Source of the DNA: Saccharolobus solfataricus | GTDB taxonomy: Archaea > Thermoproteota > Thermoprotei_A > Sulfolobales > Sulfolobaceae | Assembly (NCBI RefSeq): GCF_900079115.1 | Contig: NZ_LT549890.1 | Location: 2,940,001-2,972,000, forward strand | Length of the DNA stretch: 32,000 nucleotides | Reading direction: 5' to 3' | Shown here: positions 8,521-17,232 of the stretch, piece by piece | Position numbering within the stretch: position 1 is the first letter of the stretch | Layout: each line of letters starts with the position of its first letter | Notes under the pieces: model-generated | What the model saw: the letters and a program-made list of their open reading frames with translations, nothing else | Told to the model about the DNA's origin: nothing | The model's database searches: none | Position numbers and translations under genes: made by a program

Positions 8521-9618
8521 GTTCAATTGCCTATCCAACTTGAACCCACACCTCTCACACTCAAAGGTCTTACCAACCTTTCGGGATACAAACCCACATC
8601 TGGGGCAAGACCTAGATGTAAAGTGTGGGTTCACTTCCTTAACGAAAGAACCGTAAAGCGGAGCCTTGTACTTCAACACTCTATGTATACTCCCCCAAAC
8701 AGTCCTAGAAATCTTCCTCGAAAGAGAGCCATTAGCATCCTTAAACATACTCTCTTTGCTAAGCTTTTCCACAGCGAAAAACGTCATGGGATATAGGTCT
8801 AGTAACGCATTTACAAATTTACGAACGAAGTCCAGAACGCGATTCCTCTCCCTATGCGAATACTTCCTTAACAACTCTCTCCCCCTCTTCGTGTGCTTTG
8901 ATGCAAATGATTGCACCTTAGCCCTCTTCACCTCCATGGAGTACTTAAGGGAGTACAACTGCTTTAGTGAGATTGTAATGAACTTCTCTCCGTCGTAAGC
9001 GTCTAACGTGTATAAGTTGGAGTCAATGGCCAAGAAGTTTAATGGTGTTGCCCAAGGTAACTTGTAACGAAATGGCAAATACACTTTCTCCTCCTTAATT
9101 ATCGGTTCACCAAGTTCCAACTCCCTAACCCTTCTTGAGAACCACAAGTTACTCCACGAGAAGGTGATGTACTCATAAGGTCTTACAGTTATTCTAACGC
9201 TTTCCCCCACAACCTTCCTCAGAGTCGTCTTTATCCTAACGTAAGCATTCTTCACCCCTGGTTTTTCAATCGAAGCTCTCCCCTTTATAGCCCTTTTCCT
9301 CCACGACTTCAAGATCGAGAATGCGTCATTAATTGCCTTATCGACGTAGTGTGACGCGAGGTGATTGATCTTCTCCAACTCTTCCCTAAGTGGTTTATAC
9401 ACCTCCTTCTTCTTCGGTAGTGTTATCTTGTAATTACCGTTCTTTCTTACTTGTATTTTCGTTAAACTCCACAAGTAGTCAATTGCTTTCTGTAGTAGTG
9501 TTCCGTATTCTTTAATTAACTCTTTGCTCTTCTCCCTCTTGTCGTTCTTGATGGAGTACGTGAAGTACACGTATTCCTCTTCCGGTTCAAATTTTCTAAT
9601 TCTTAAGTTCTTCAGCAC
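8347..9618 (-). CDS. tnpB: TnpB (OrfB) RNA-guided nuclease, copy A
   Basis: 423 aa. RuvC-I is LAIDSNLY, RuvC-II is FFAVEKL, the zinc ribbon is CPRCG...CERCG, and RuvC-III is LDRQLNASLNIY. The ORF overlaps the recombinase ORF by 23 nt. Confidence 0.9.
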   Translation of the reverse strand: MLKNLRIRKFEPEEEYVYFTYSIKNDKREKSKELIKEYGTLLQKAIDYLWSLTKIQVRKNGNYKITLPKKKEVYKPLREELEKINHLASHYVDKAINDAFSILKSWRKRAIKGRASIEKPGVKNAYVRIKTTLRKVVGESVRITVRPYEYITFSWSNLWFSRRVRELELGEPIIKEEKVYLPFRYKLPWATPLNFLAIDSNLYTLDAYDGEKFITISLKQLYSLKYSMEVKRAKVQSFASKHTKRGRELLRKYSHRERNRVLDFVRKFVNALLDLYPMTFFAVEKLSKESMFKDANGSLSRKISRTVWGSIHRVLKYKAPLYGSFVKEVNPHFTSRSCPRCGFVSRKVGKTFECERCGFKLDRQLNASLNIYLKMCGFPHIRDIPRVWVGVIPLMGRRGMNGFPRDFGEAQGLRIDIKYHEIP

Positions 9619-10174
9619 ATTTCTTCACCTTTTCGTATTTATGACTCCTCATGCCATAGAGTTTCCCACTGAATGAGACTAGTATTGAGACTAAGTCTTC
9701 AACCAGTTCTTCCTCTTTGTCCTCTTGGTTTAGTACTACTATTTCACAACCATGTGCTTTACAAGTCTCCTCCAGGATTTCGAAACCGAATCTGACTAGC
9801 CTATCTGGGTAAGCAACAACTACGCGTGATACTTCGTTATTTAATATCATTCTCAACAACTTCAAGAACCCCTTTCTCTTCATGTTTAACCCGGAACCTA
9901 TGTCAGTAATTACGAGGTCGTATTCTTTGACTTGTTCCTCTAGATACTTCACTTGGTTTACTAGTTCGTCTTTTTGTGTGGAAGATGATACTCTAGCGTA
10001 TAATATCACTTTTCTCTTTCTAATAATTCCCATTAGCCTCTCTACGTCCTCTTCTCTGAACCTCCATTTTCCGCTCTGTAGTATAACTGGTTTTATGTAT
10101 CCTTTCTTAACGTATTCTCTAAGTGTTGCATAGGATATTCCTAGTCTTTGGCATGCTTCCTTAGGTCTTAGCAT
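9596..10174 (-). CDS. tnpA: IS607-type serine recombinase/transposase with N-terminal MerR-like HTH, copy A
   Basis: 192 aa. The HTH is PKEACQRLGISYATLREYVKKGYI. The resolvase catalytic segment is VILYARVSSSTQ with the nucleophile serine. Confidence 0.9.
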   Translation of the reverse strand: MLRPKEACQRLGISYATLREYVKKGYIKPVILQSGKWRFREEDVERLMGIIRKRKVILYARVSSSTQKDELVNQVKYLEEQVKEYDLVITDIGSGLNMKRKGFLKLLRMILNNEVSRVVVAYPDRLVRFGFEILEETCKAHGCEIVVLNQEDKEEELVEDLVSILVSFSGKLYGMRSHKYEKVKKCAEELKN

Positions 10175-10360
10175 TGTATAAGAGTTTGTGGCAAAATAAT
10201 ATAAACTTTACGGTTTATCTGAAACTGTTGGCAACGGCGGAGTATTGGAGATTAAGGGGCAAAAGGTTTCTAAATAACTTTTTTGACTAATTTTCCTTAA
10301 ACCGATATTTTTTGCCCCTAGTTTAGTTGACTTTTTTAGTTGTCATGAAATTTTTACCTT

Positions 10361-10954
10361 ATGGAGTGCCCTAAAATCCTTGTCCTATTCTATGGATATG
10401 GTTCGATAGTAGATTTAGCTAAAAACGTAGCAGAAGGAGCAAAGGAAATAACAAAAGAAGTTAAGTTGGCTAGAGTAAAAGAATATTTTCCACAAGAAAT
10501 AGTTAACAAGTTTAGAATTCCTATTGATACTGTTAAGGATATACCGGAGGCTACATTATCTGATCTTGAATGGGCTGATGGAATTGTAATGGGATCTCCA
10601 ACAAGATATGGAAATATGACTGGCCAATTAAAACTCTTTCTAGACCAAACTGCTGAATTGTGGATAAAAGGGTCATTGTACGGAAAACCAGTGGGATTCT
10701 TCACTGAAGCATCAACAATGCATGGAGGGCACGAAAGTACAATATTGGCAATGGCGAATTACGCTTATCACCATGGAATGATAATAGTTCCAGTAGGATA
10801 TGGAATAAAGGAAGTCTCAAGTACTATGACTGGAGGAAGTCCGTATGGAGCATCGCACTTGGGAAATAAGAAGGAGTTAGATGAAAATGAGATCAATATA
10901 GCTAAGTTCTTAGGCAAAAGAGTTGCAGAAGTTGCAAAGAAGTTGAGATGTTAA
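10361..10954 (+). CDS. wrbA: NAD(P)H:quinone oxidoreductase, WrbA-type flavodoxin-like protein
   Basis: 197 aa. Motifs are ILVLFYGYGS, GSPTRYGNMTGQLKLFLDQT, GKPVGFFT and GGHESTI, which are typical WrbA signatures. Confidence 0.85.
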   Translation: MECPKILVLFYGYGSIVDLAKNVAEGAKEITKEVKLARVKEYFPQEIVNKFRIPIDTVKDIPEATLSDLEWADGIVMGSPTRYGNMTGQLKLFLDQTAELWIKGSLYGKPVGFFTEASTMHGGHESTILAMANYAYHHGMIIVPVGYGIKEVSSTMTGGSPYGASHLGNKKELDENEINIAKFLGKRVAEVAKKLRC

Positions 10955-11694
10955 CGTTTATAAATGAACTCTTTTTTTGAGTACTTTTCGTTAGCCAGCC
11001 TCATTGCAAGCTTCAATTCCTCATCACTTATATCGTCGAAAAAATAGTCATCGCAACGTAAGAGTGACGAGAAACCTCTTATGAAAGCCTCAATCGCTTC
11101 ATCATAGGTTATATCGCCTTTTACCAAGTTTGAGAGATTGCTTACTCGATACTTTATCATGTTAATATCTTTTTTTCTGTAATTTTTAGGAGGTATTATT
11201 AGTACCTTATGCAATATATCCAAATTAGATGAAACGAGAAGAGTGCCGTGTAAAAGATACTTATCCTCATTTATATATCCAGCATTGCCAGAAATCTTGT
11301 AACCCTTAAATGCAATATCAGTTTCGTTATAAACCTCAACTCTATCATTTACCAAATTCTCTATTGCGCTAATCGTACCTCTTAGCAAATAACCGTAAAG
11401 ATAATCTATGCCACCTTGACCGCTTGTTATGAAAGTATAGTTTATGTTCCCCATATCGTGAAAGACAGACCCTCCACCGCTAATCCTCCTAGCCAATTTC
11501 ACATCGTATTTCTTAATCATTTCTAAATTAACCTCATCACTTATACTTGACAATATTCCTAAAACTACACTCTTCTCGTTTCTCCATATTCTTAAAATAG
11601 GGACGTATTTACTGTGTAATAAAAGCGCTTCGTCCATTGCAACATTCAAATAGGGGTCATTGGGATATTCCGTTAATAATACCCTAAGCTTCAC
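10951..11694 (-). CDS. Lipoate-protein ligase A-type catalytic domain protein (no C-terminal accessory domain)
   Basis: 247 aa. The BPL/LplA/LipB fold motifs are RRISGGGSVFHDMGNINYTF and the catalytic-lysine motif YKISGNAGY. It uses a GTG start. Confidence 0.8.
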   Translation of the reverse strand: MKLRVLLTEYPNDPYLNVAMDEALLLHSKYVPILRIWRNEKSVVLGILSSISDEVNLEMIKKYDVKLARRISGGGSVFHDMGNINYTFITSGQGGIDYLYGYLLRGTISAIENLVNDRVEVYNETDIAFKGYKISGNAGYINEDKYLLHGTLLVSSNLDILHKVLIIPPKNYRKKDINMIKYRVSNLSNLVKGDITYDEAIEAFIRGFSSLLRCDDYFFDDISDEELKLAMRLANEKYSKKEFIYKR

Positions 11695-11729
11695 TATGCT
11701 TTTTATTTTCCATTATCAATTTATAGTTT
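11695..11729. promoter_or_regulatory. 35-bp divergent promoter region with two crossed TATA-like boxes
   Basis: tttttatttt (11700-11709) is centred about 25 nt upstream of the GTG at 11730. ctataaattg on the minus strand (11717-11726) is centred about 28 nt upstream of the GTG at 11694. Both genes would be leaderless. Confidence 0.4.
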
Positions 11730-11975
11730 GTGCAAGCCGAGTTAAAGATCCCAGAAGATATATGGCCTAGAAGAAGGGATTGGGGAGGGGAAATAGTCTC
11801 ATTATACATAAAAGAAGGAAGTGAGATTAAGGTAGGAGATGTTATAGCTGAGGTTGAGATCGAGAAGGCAATATTAAAGATTTTATCCCAGTACAATGGT
11901 AAGGTAATTAAAGTTTTGGTAAGAGAAGGAGATAAGGTATCGCCAGGATCAGTTATAGCCTTAATAGAGGTTTAG
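11730..11975 (+). CDS. Stand-alone lipoyl-attachment (biotinyl/lipoyl) domain protein
   Basis: 81 aa consisting of a single E2-type lipoyl domain, GDVIAEVEIEKAILKILSQYNGKVIKVLVREGDKVSPGSVIALIEV, with the modifiable lysine in the EKA turn. GTG start, 3 nt before lipA. Confidence 0.8.
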   Translation: MQAELKIPEDIWPRRRDWGGEIVSLYIKEGSEIKVGDVIAEVEIEKAILKILSQYNGKVIKVLVREGDKVSPGSVIALIEV

Positions 11976-11978
11976 ATA

Positions 11979-12836
11979 ATGGAGAAAAAAGTTCAAATTG
12001 CAGTTTACGAGAATGAAAACTTCAAAAGAGTAGCAGAGATTGTAAAGAAGAAAAGTATTGCTACTGTGTGTGAAGAGGCGCTATGCCCAAACATTATGGA
12101 ATGCTGGGGATCTGGAACTGCAACATTTATGATCATGGGGAGCATTTGTACTAGAGGTTGTAGGTTTTGTTATGTGTTAAAGGGAAAGCCCTCACCATTG
12201 GACGATGAAGAACCTAAAAGAGTTGCAGAAGCGGTAAAGGAGATGGAACTGGACTACGTTGTAATAACCAGTGTTGATAGAGACGACCTATCCGATGGGG
12301 GAGCACAACATTTCGCTAACGTGGTGAAAACAGTAAAAGAACTTAACCCGGGTATAATAGTTGAAGTGTTAACTCCAGACTTTAGGGGGAATATTGACGC
12401 AGTTAAAAAAGTAATTGATGCTGGAGTTGACGTATTTGCACATAACGTTGAGACCGTAAGAAGACTAACGCCAATAGTAAGGGACCCTAGAGCCTCATAT
12501 GAGCAAAGTCTCAATGTTTTAAAATATGCTGAAAACGTGATAAAAAAATCCTCAATCCTCTTAGGTCTCGGTGAGACTTGGGATGAGATAGTAGAAACGA
12601 TGAGAGATTTGAGAAGTGTAGGAGTTAGTATATTGGTACTTTCACAATATATGAGACCTAGTCGTAAACAATTGGAGGTTAAGAAGCGTTATACTTTAGA
12701 AGAGTTTAAGGAACTTGAGGAAATAGCCTACTCAATGGGTTTCTCAGCTGTGATCTCCTTACCATTAGCTAGAACCTCTTATAAGGCGAAAGAGGCCTAT
12801 TTTAGGGCGATTGAAAATGCTAAGAATCATAGTTGA
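11979..12836 (+). CDS. lipA: Lipoyl synthase (radical SAM)
   Basis: 285 aa. The auxiliary cluster motif is [12 protein letters not shown] (CX4CX5C) and the radical-SAM motif is CTRGCRFC (CX3CX2C). A conserved [10 protein letters not shown] segment is also present. Confidence 0.92.
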
Positions 12837-13605
12837 TGGTCCTAGAGATCCTTATTATAATATGGCAATTGATGAGGCAATAATGCTGACTAGAAATAGT
12901 GTTAATTATGATACGTTAAGACTATACATGTGGTCTCCATCAGGTGTAAGTTTAGGTAGGGGACAAAACGCTAATGCTGCGTACTTAGATAACATTAAGG
13001 AGTTAGGGTTTAAATTAGTGAGAAGGCCAACTGGAGGTGGGGCATTACTACATCCAGAAGATAACGAAATTACATATAGTGTGGTATTGTCAGCTAGCAA
13101 TACAATAGCTAAATTAAGTGTTGATGAGTCTGCCGTAGAGATCGCTAAGGGTATATTATACACTCTTCAAATCTTAGGTGAAAACGTTGACATTAGAGGT
13201 TTGGGGGATATGAAAAAACACGACTTATGTTATTTGAGAAGTGGATCAAGCGATGTGATAGTTGCTGGGAGAAAAATATCTGGATCAGCCCAAGTAAGGG
13301 ATGATAAAGCGTTATTACAGCATGGTACATTGCTACTTAGATTTGAACCAGAAATTTGGTTAAAGGTGATTAGAGCACCAGGAGTTACTGAGGAGTTCTT
13401 AAAAAGTAGGATAGTAGGCTTATTTGAATTTATGGAAGTTGAAATAGATCAAATTTTTGACGCAATGATAAAAGGTTTCAGTAAGGCGTTAAATGAAATA
13501 GACGTATTTATGGGAAGTCTGACTCCGAAGGAGATAAAATTATCTAATAAACTTTACAAAGAAAAATATTCTAACGAGAAGTGGAATTTACTAGGTATCC
13601 AATAA
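12817..13605 (+). CDS. LipM/LipL-like octanoyl-(lipoyl) transferase of the LplA/LipB superfamily
   Basis: Motifs are [11 protein letters not shown] and [25 protein letters not shown]. This is a Cys about 14 residues before the conserved Lys, as in the B. subtilis LipM pattern. I prefer the ATG at 12817 over the TTG at 12811. The ORF overlaps the lipA end by 20 nt. Confidence 0.7.
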
Positions 13606-14625
13606 ATCAGCAATATGGTATACGTCATAACCCATTGACCTTATGGCTAATGCACAGACACTATTAGTTACAATAACCTTTTTAGCTTCGCTTTTGGCTA
13701 TCTTACCCCTCTTAACGTTCATTACCATATCAGATAGCTTAGGATGAGATAACCAATAATCACCACCAGCACCACACTCGAAATGTGGATCCTCCATCTC
13801 CCTTATTTTAATTCCCATTTTCTCAGCAACATTACGAATATGTGAAACTAGCTTTTGTCTATAGGCATGACAAGGATAGTGAACAGTAAATGTATCGTTA
13901 ACCTTAGGTAGTTCAATGCCTTCCTTTATTAGAAATTCAGCAAAATCATATGCGTTAATTTCTATACCAAACCATTCCTTATACTCCTTCATAAATGCTG
14001 CACAATTAGACTGCAGCGTTATAACTTTTTTACCCTTCACTTTTTCAGCAAGTCTAATTGCTAACTTTTTAGCCCCTTCATAATTTCCGTTGCTTATGTG
14101 AGCTAGCCCACAACAACCATTAATAATCTTTACCTTGTATTTTTTACCTAAATATTTGTAAGCCTTCTCAACAGTTTTCCTAAAGATAACTGATTCTATA
14201 CAACCAGGGAATAGTATTATGTCCCCTTCTCCATCAGTTTCCAATGGTTCTGAGACTTCATTAGGTTTAACGAATTTCACAAACCTCTGTACTTCTGGAT
14301 AACTATTCGCCTTGCTTAATAACTTTAACGATTTGGCTAATAACTTTGGATTCTCCAACATTTTTTCCATTACGGTTTTCTTTAGAGAACTCTTCCTAAC
14401 CGGCGTAATGATTTGGGCGTATTTCACACCCGCTGGGCAAGCAGTTTCGCACAATCTACAATACATGCACGTCTCGAATCCGGTACTATTTATTCCAATC
14501 CTCACTGCCTCTATTCTACCCCTCGGTGAGTGCACTTCATTTCTAGTTACAACGTACGTTGGGCAAGTTTCTAGACAAAATCCACAGTGGGTACACATTT
14601 CAGTTAATTTTAAGGACGAGATCAT
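13591..14625 (-). CDS. glcF: GlcF/HdrD-like Fe-S subunit with two 4Fe-4S motifs and two CCG domains
   Basis: Ferredoxin motifs are CTHCGFCLETCP and CMYCRLCETACP. Cysteine-rich CCG-type segments are FPGC...NGCCGLAH and YPCH...FECGAGG. There is a 4-nt ATGA overlap with the upstream gene. Confidence 0.8.
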   Translation of the reverse strand: MISSLKLTEMCTHCGFCLETCPTYVVTRNEVHSPRGRIEAVRIGINSTGFETCMYCRLCETACPAGVKYAQIITPVRKSSLKKTVMEKMLENPKLLAKSLKLLSKANSYPEVQRFVKFVKPNEVSEPLETDGEGDIILFPGCIESVIFRKTVEKAYKYLGKKYKVKIINGCCGLAHISNGNYEGAKKLAIRLAEKVKGKKVITLQSNCAAFMKEYKEWFGIEINAYDFAEFLIKEGIELPKVNDTFTVHYPCHAYRQKLVSHIRNVAEKMGIKIREMEDPHFECGAGGDYWLSHPKLSDMVMNVKRGKIAKSEAKKVIVTNSVCALAIRSMGYDVYHIADLLDT

Positions 14626-16025
14626 ATATCTCCCTCTAATAAGTAAGTATGTATCCTATTTACCGTGTTGCATATTTCATTTTTAGCTGGAGGAATCAAC
14701 TTACACGGATTTAGAAGCCTCTTGGGATCAAATGTCGCCTTTAGTCTTCGCATTAGGGTCAAGTCGTCTTCTGAGTAGTAAAGCTTCATAAACTTTATCT
14801 TCTCTATACCAATGCCGTGTTCTCCACTAGGTACTCCGCCTACTTTTATAGCTAATTTTGTAATCTCTTCAGCTGCTTTAATTGCTTTAATTGTTTCATC
14901 AGCGTTCTTAGGATCAAAACCTATTAGCGGATGTAGGGTACCATCTCCAGCGTGGAAACTGTTAGCAACGGGCAATCCATATTTCTTACTAATTTCATAC
15001 GTAAATCTTAACATTGTAGGTAAGGTCGATCTGGGAACATTAGCGTCTAATGTTAAATAAGCCGGAGAGTAATAGGCAAATGATGGAAAAGCTCCCTTTC
15101 TACCCCACCACCATCTATTTTTCTCTTCCTCATCTTTAGGGATAAACACTTCACCATTATTATTCCTTATCGCACTCACTACTCTGACCTCCTCCTCTTC
15201 CACATTAACACTATACCCGTCAAGTTCTATTAGGAGAATAGCTTCAGCCATAGGATAATTTGCTTTATATTGAGTGTTCTCTATGGCAATTATGGAATTC
15301 TTATCTAGAAATTCCATTGCTGCTGGTGTTACTCCAGCTTTATATACGCTTACAACTGCTTTCCCAGCATCGTCAATAGAATTAAATGAGGCTAGAATAG
15401 TCTTACTAACTTCAGGTTTCGGGAATAACCTTAGCGTCGCCCTTAAGATAACTCCTAAAGTACCCTCTGCGCCTACAAATATTGATGTAGGATCAAAGAA
15501 ATTACTACTACCAATCTCCTCAACATGTCCATTACTTAAAAGAACCTTTAACCTAATTATACTGTCGAACGTAGTGCCATATTTTGGAGTATGCATCCCA
15601 CCTGAGTCGTGACTTATATTACCGCCTATAGATGATACCACATAACTTGAAGGATCTGGGGCGTAGAAAAGGTTAGAATTACCTAATGTTTTATTAATTA
15701 AAAAGTTTGCTAATCCTGGTCCTACCGTAATTTCAAAATTATCCAGTGAATAAATTCTGTTTAGCCTTGTTAACGAAATTACTACTTCACCTTGTGTTGG
15801 TGTGGTTGCCCCACTTAAACTTGTCCCAGAACCCCTTACTATATACTTTATATTATTCTCATTCAGAAAATTTACTAAAGAAATTACCTCCTCCTCACTT
15901 CCGGGTAAAACGACAACTGGAGGTTCTATTTTTAATGGTATAAATGCCGGGTAGGAATATAGTTTAGCTTCATCTCCAGAAATTACCCACTCCTCGCCCA
16001 CTATTTCAGCTAATTTGCTAATCAC
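14622..16025 (-). CDS. glcD: FAD-linked oxidase, GlcD / D-lactate dehydrogenase-like catalytic subunit
   Basis: 467 aa. An FAD_binding_4-type N-terminal region (RGSGTSLSGATTP) and a C-terminal FAD-oxidase domain (GEHGIGIEK, DP..LLNP). Confidence 0.85.
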   Translation of the reverse strand: MISKLAEIVGEEWVISGDEAKLYSYPAFIPLKIEPPVVVLPGSEEEVISLVNFLNENNIKYIVRGSGTSLSGATTPTQGEVVISLTRLNRIYSLDNFEITVGPGLANFLINKTLGNSNLFYAPDPSSYVVSSIGGNISHDSGGMHTPKYGTTFDSIIRLKVLLSNGHVEEIGSSNFFDPTSIFVGAEGTLGVILRATLRLFPKPEVSKTILASFNSIDDAGKAVVSVYKAGVTPAAMEFLDKNSIIAIENTQYKANYPMAEAILLIELDGYSVNVEEEEVRVVSAIRNNNGEVFIPKDEEEKNRWWWGRKGAFPSFAYYSPAYLTLDANVPRSTLPTMLRFTYEISKKYGLPVANSFHAGDGTLHPLIGFDPKNADETIKAIKAAEEITKLAIKVGGVPSGEHGIGIEKIKFMKLYYSEDDLTLMRRLKATFDPKRLLNPCKLIPPAKNEICNTVNRIHTYLLEGDI

Positions 16026-16097
16026 ATGGTTAACGTCTTCAAAATAGTTTATAAATTACCTTTTATATTTTATCTTTATCATATATAAACTTCCATA

Positions 16098-17177
16098 TTA
16101 AAGTATCAACCCAGGTTGAAGAATATTATTGGGATCAAAAGCCTCCTTTAACATTTGTAATGTTTCTTTATCCCTTATTCCCCAGTAATCCCCATTATAA
16201 TATCCTCTTTCAACAACTACTTGCTCATCAATTTCTCGCCTTAATACCTCAAGATTATCGAATGAAGCCACTTCCAATCTACAATAACCAGTACCAACTA
16301 TTCCTATTCCCCTTTTAACCCTCATGATACTCTTAGCCTTCCTAATCACATCAACCTCCTTTCCCCTCACAGTATGGATTGAAATAACCTTTTCATCACT
16401 AGTGTAATCTATACTATAGAAGCCATCTTCCCCTTTTGCTCCAATCTCTTCCCCTATCTTCTCTATGGCTCTTCTAAATCCAATAAACGTAACGTAAGTC
16501 TTATCTCCTTTCTCATCAGTTTCATATATTATAGAAATTGGTCTATATTTGCTAGTTAAGTTAACCTTATCTGTCTGAAATGTTACGATTACTTCTGGAA
16601 AAGGATATATTTTTAACGTTGCTTCTAGATAAATACCCAACCAGCCTAACATACCAGATAAGATTTTATGTATTTTATAACCGGAGGAGAATTTAAGGGT
16701 CTTCCCGCCTCCCTTGGCTATAATACCGTCTCCAGTAATTACCTTAGCCATTAATATTAAGTTCTTAGGATAACCGTAAAATGAGGAAAAAGGCGTAGGT
16801 AAATTAGTTGCCAATAACCCTCCTAAGGATCCATCGTAATATGCTGGAAGAAATAGACCCTTAGCCTTTATTATTTCAAATAAGTCAGAAACTCTTACTC
16901 CGACTTGCGATGTAACGTAAAGGTCATCATCTGAAATCTCAACAACATTATTAAATTGGCTTAATTTAACGCCAATATCTATACTAACAGGGGGACCTAT
17001 ATGGTGCATATTGAATGAAAAGGGATAAATAGACAGCTTTTTTTCGTTAGCAAACTTAATTACATCCCTAAGCTCTGCGTAAGTTTGTGGAATGGCTGTA
17101 ATTTTCCATCTTGCAGGACCCTCATCTTTCCCGTTAGATACTTTGACAATCTTGCCTAATTCATCAACCCAATCCAT
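16098..17177 (-). CDS. glcE: GlcE-like FAD-binding subunit
   Basis: FAD-binding PCMH-type sequence with the C-terminal DPNNILQPG tail typical of GlcD/E proteins. I prefer the start at Met24 (MDWVDELGK), because the first 23 codons of the 17246 ORF are AT-rich spacer-like. Confidence 0.7.
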   Translation of the reverse strand: MDWVDELGKIVKVSNGKDEGPARWKITAIPQTYAELRDVIKFANEKKLSIYPFSFNMHHIGPPVSIDIGVKLSQFNNVVEISDDDLYVTSQVGVRVSDLFEIIKAKGLFLPAYYDGSLGGLLATNLPTPFSSFYGYPKNLILMAKVITGDGIIAKGGGKTLKFSSGYKIHKILSGMLGWLGIYLEATLKIYPFPEVIVTFQTDKVNLTSKYRPISIIYETDEKGDKTYVTFIGFRRAIEKIGEEIGAKGEDGFYSIDYTSDEKVISIHTVRGKEVDVIRKAKSIMRVKRGIGIVGTGYCRLEVASFDNLEVLRREIDEQVVVERGYYNGDYWGIRDKETLQMLKEAFDPNNILQPGLIL

Positions 17178-17232
17178 TAATAGAAAAGGGGACAAATTAT
17201 AAAAATAGTTTTTGATCAAGAGTATAATATTA

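Larger units (their letters stand above)
8335..10235 (-). mobile_element. IS607-family element, copy A (~1901 bp; ISC1904/ISC1913-like)
   Basis: Collinear with copy B (21487-23384) over its whole length. Borders were transferred from the base-precise junction deduced at copy B. The LE flank ends in CC and the RE ends in CC. There are no terminal inverted repeats and no target duplication, as expected for serine-recombinase IS607 elements. Confidence 0.85.
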
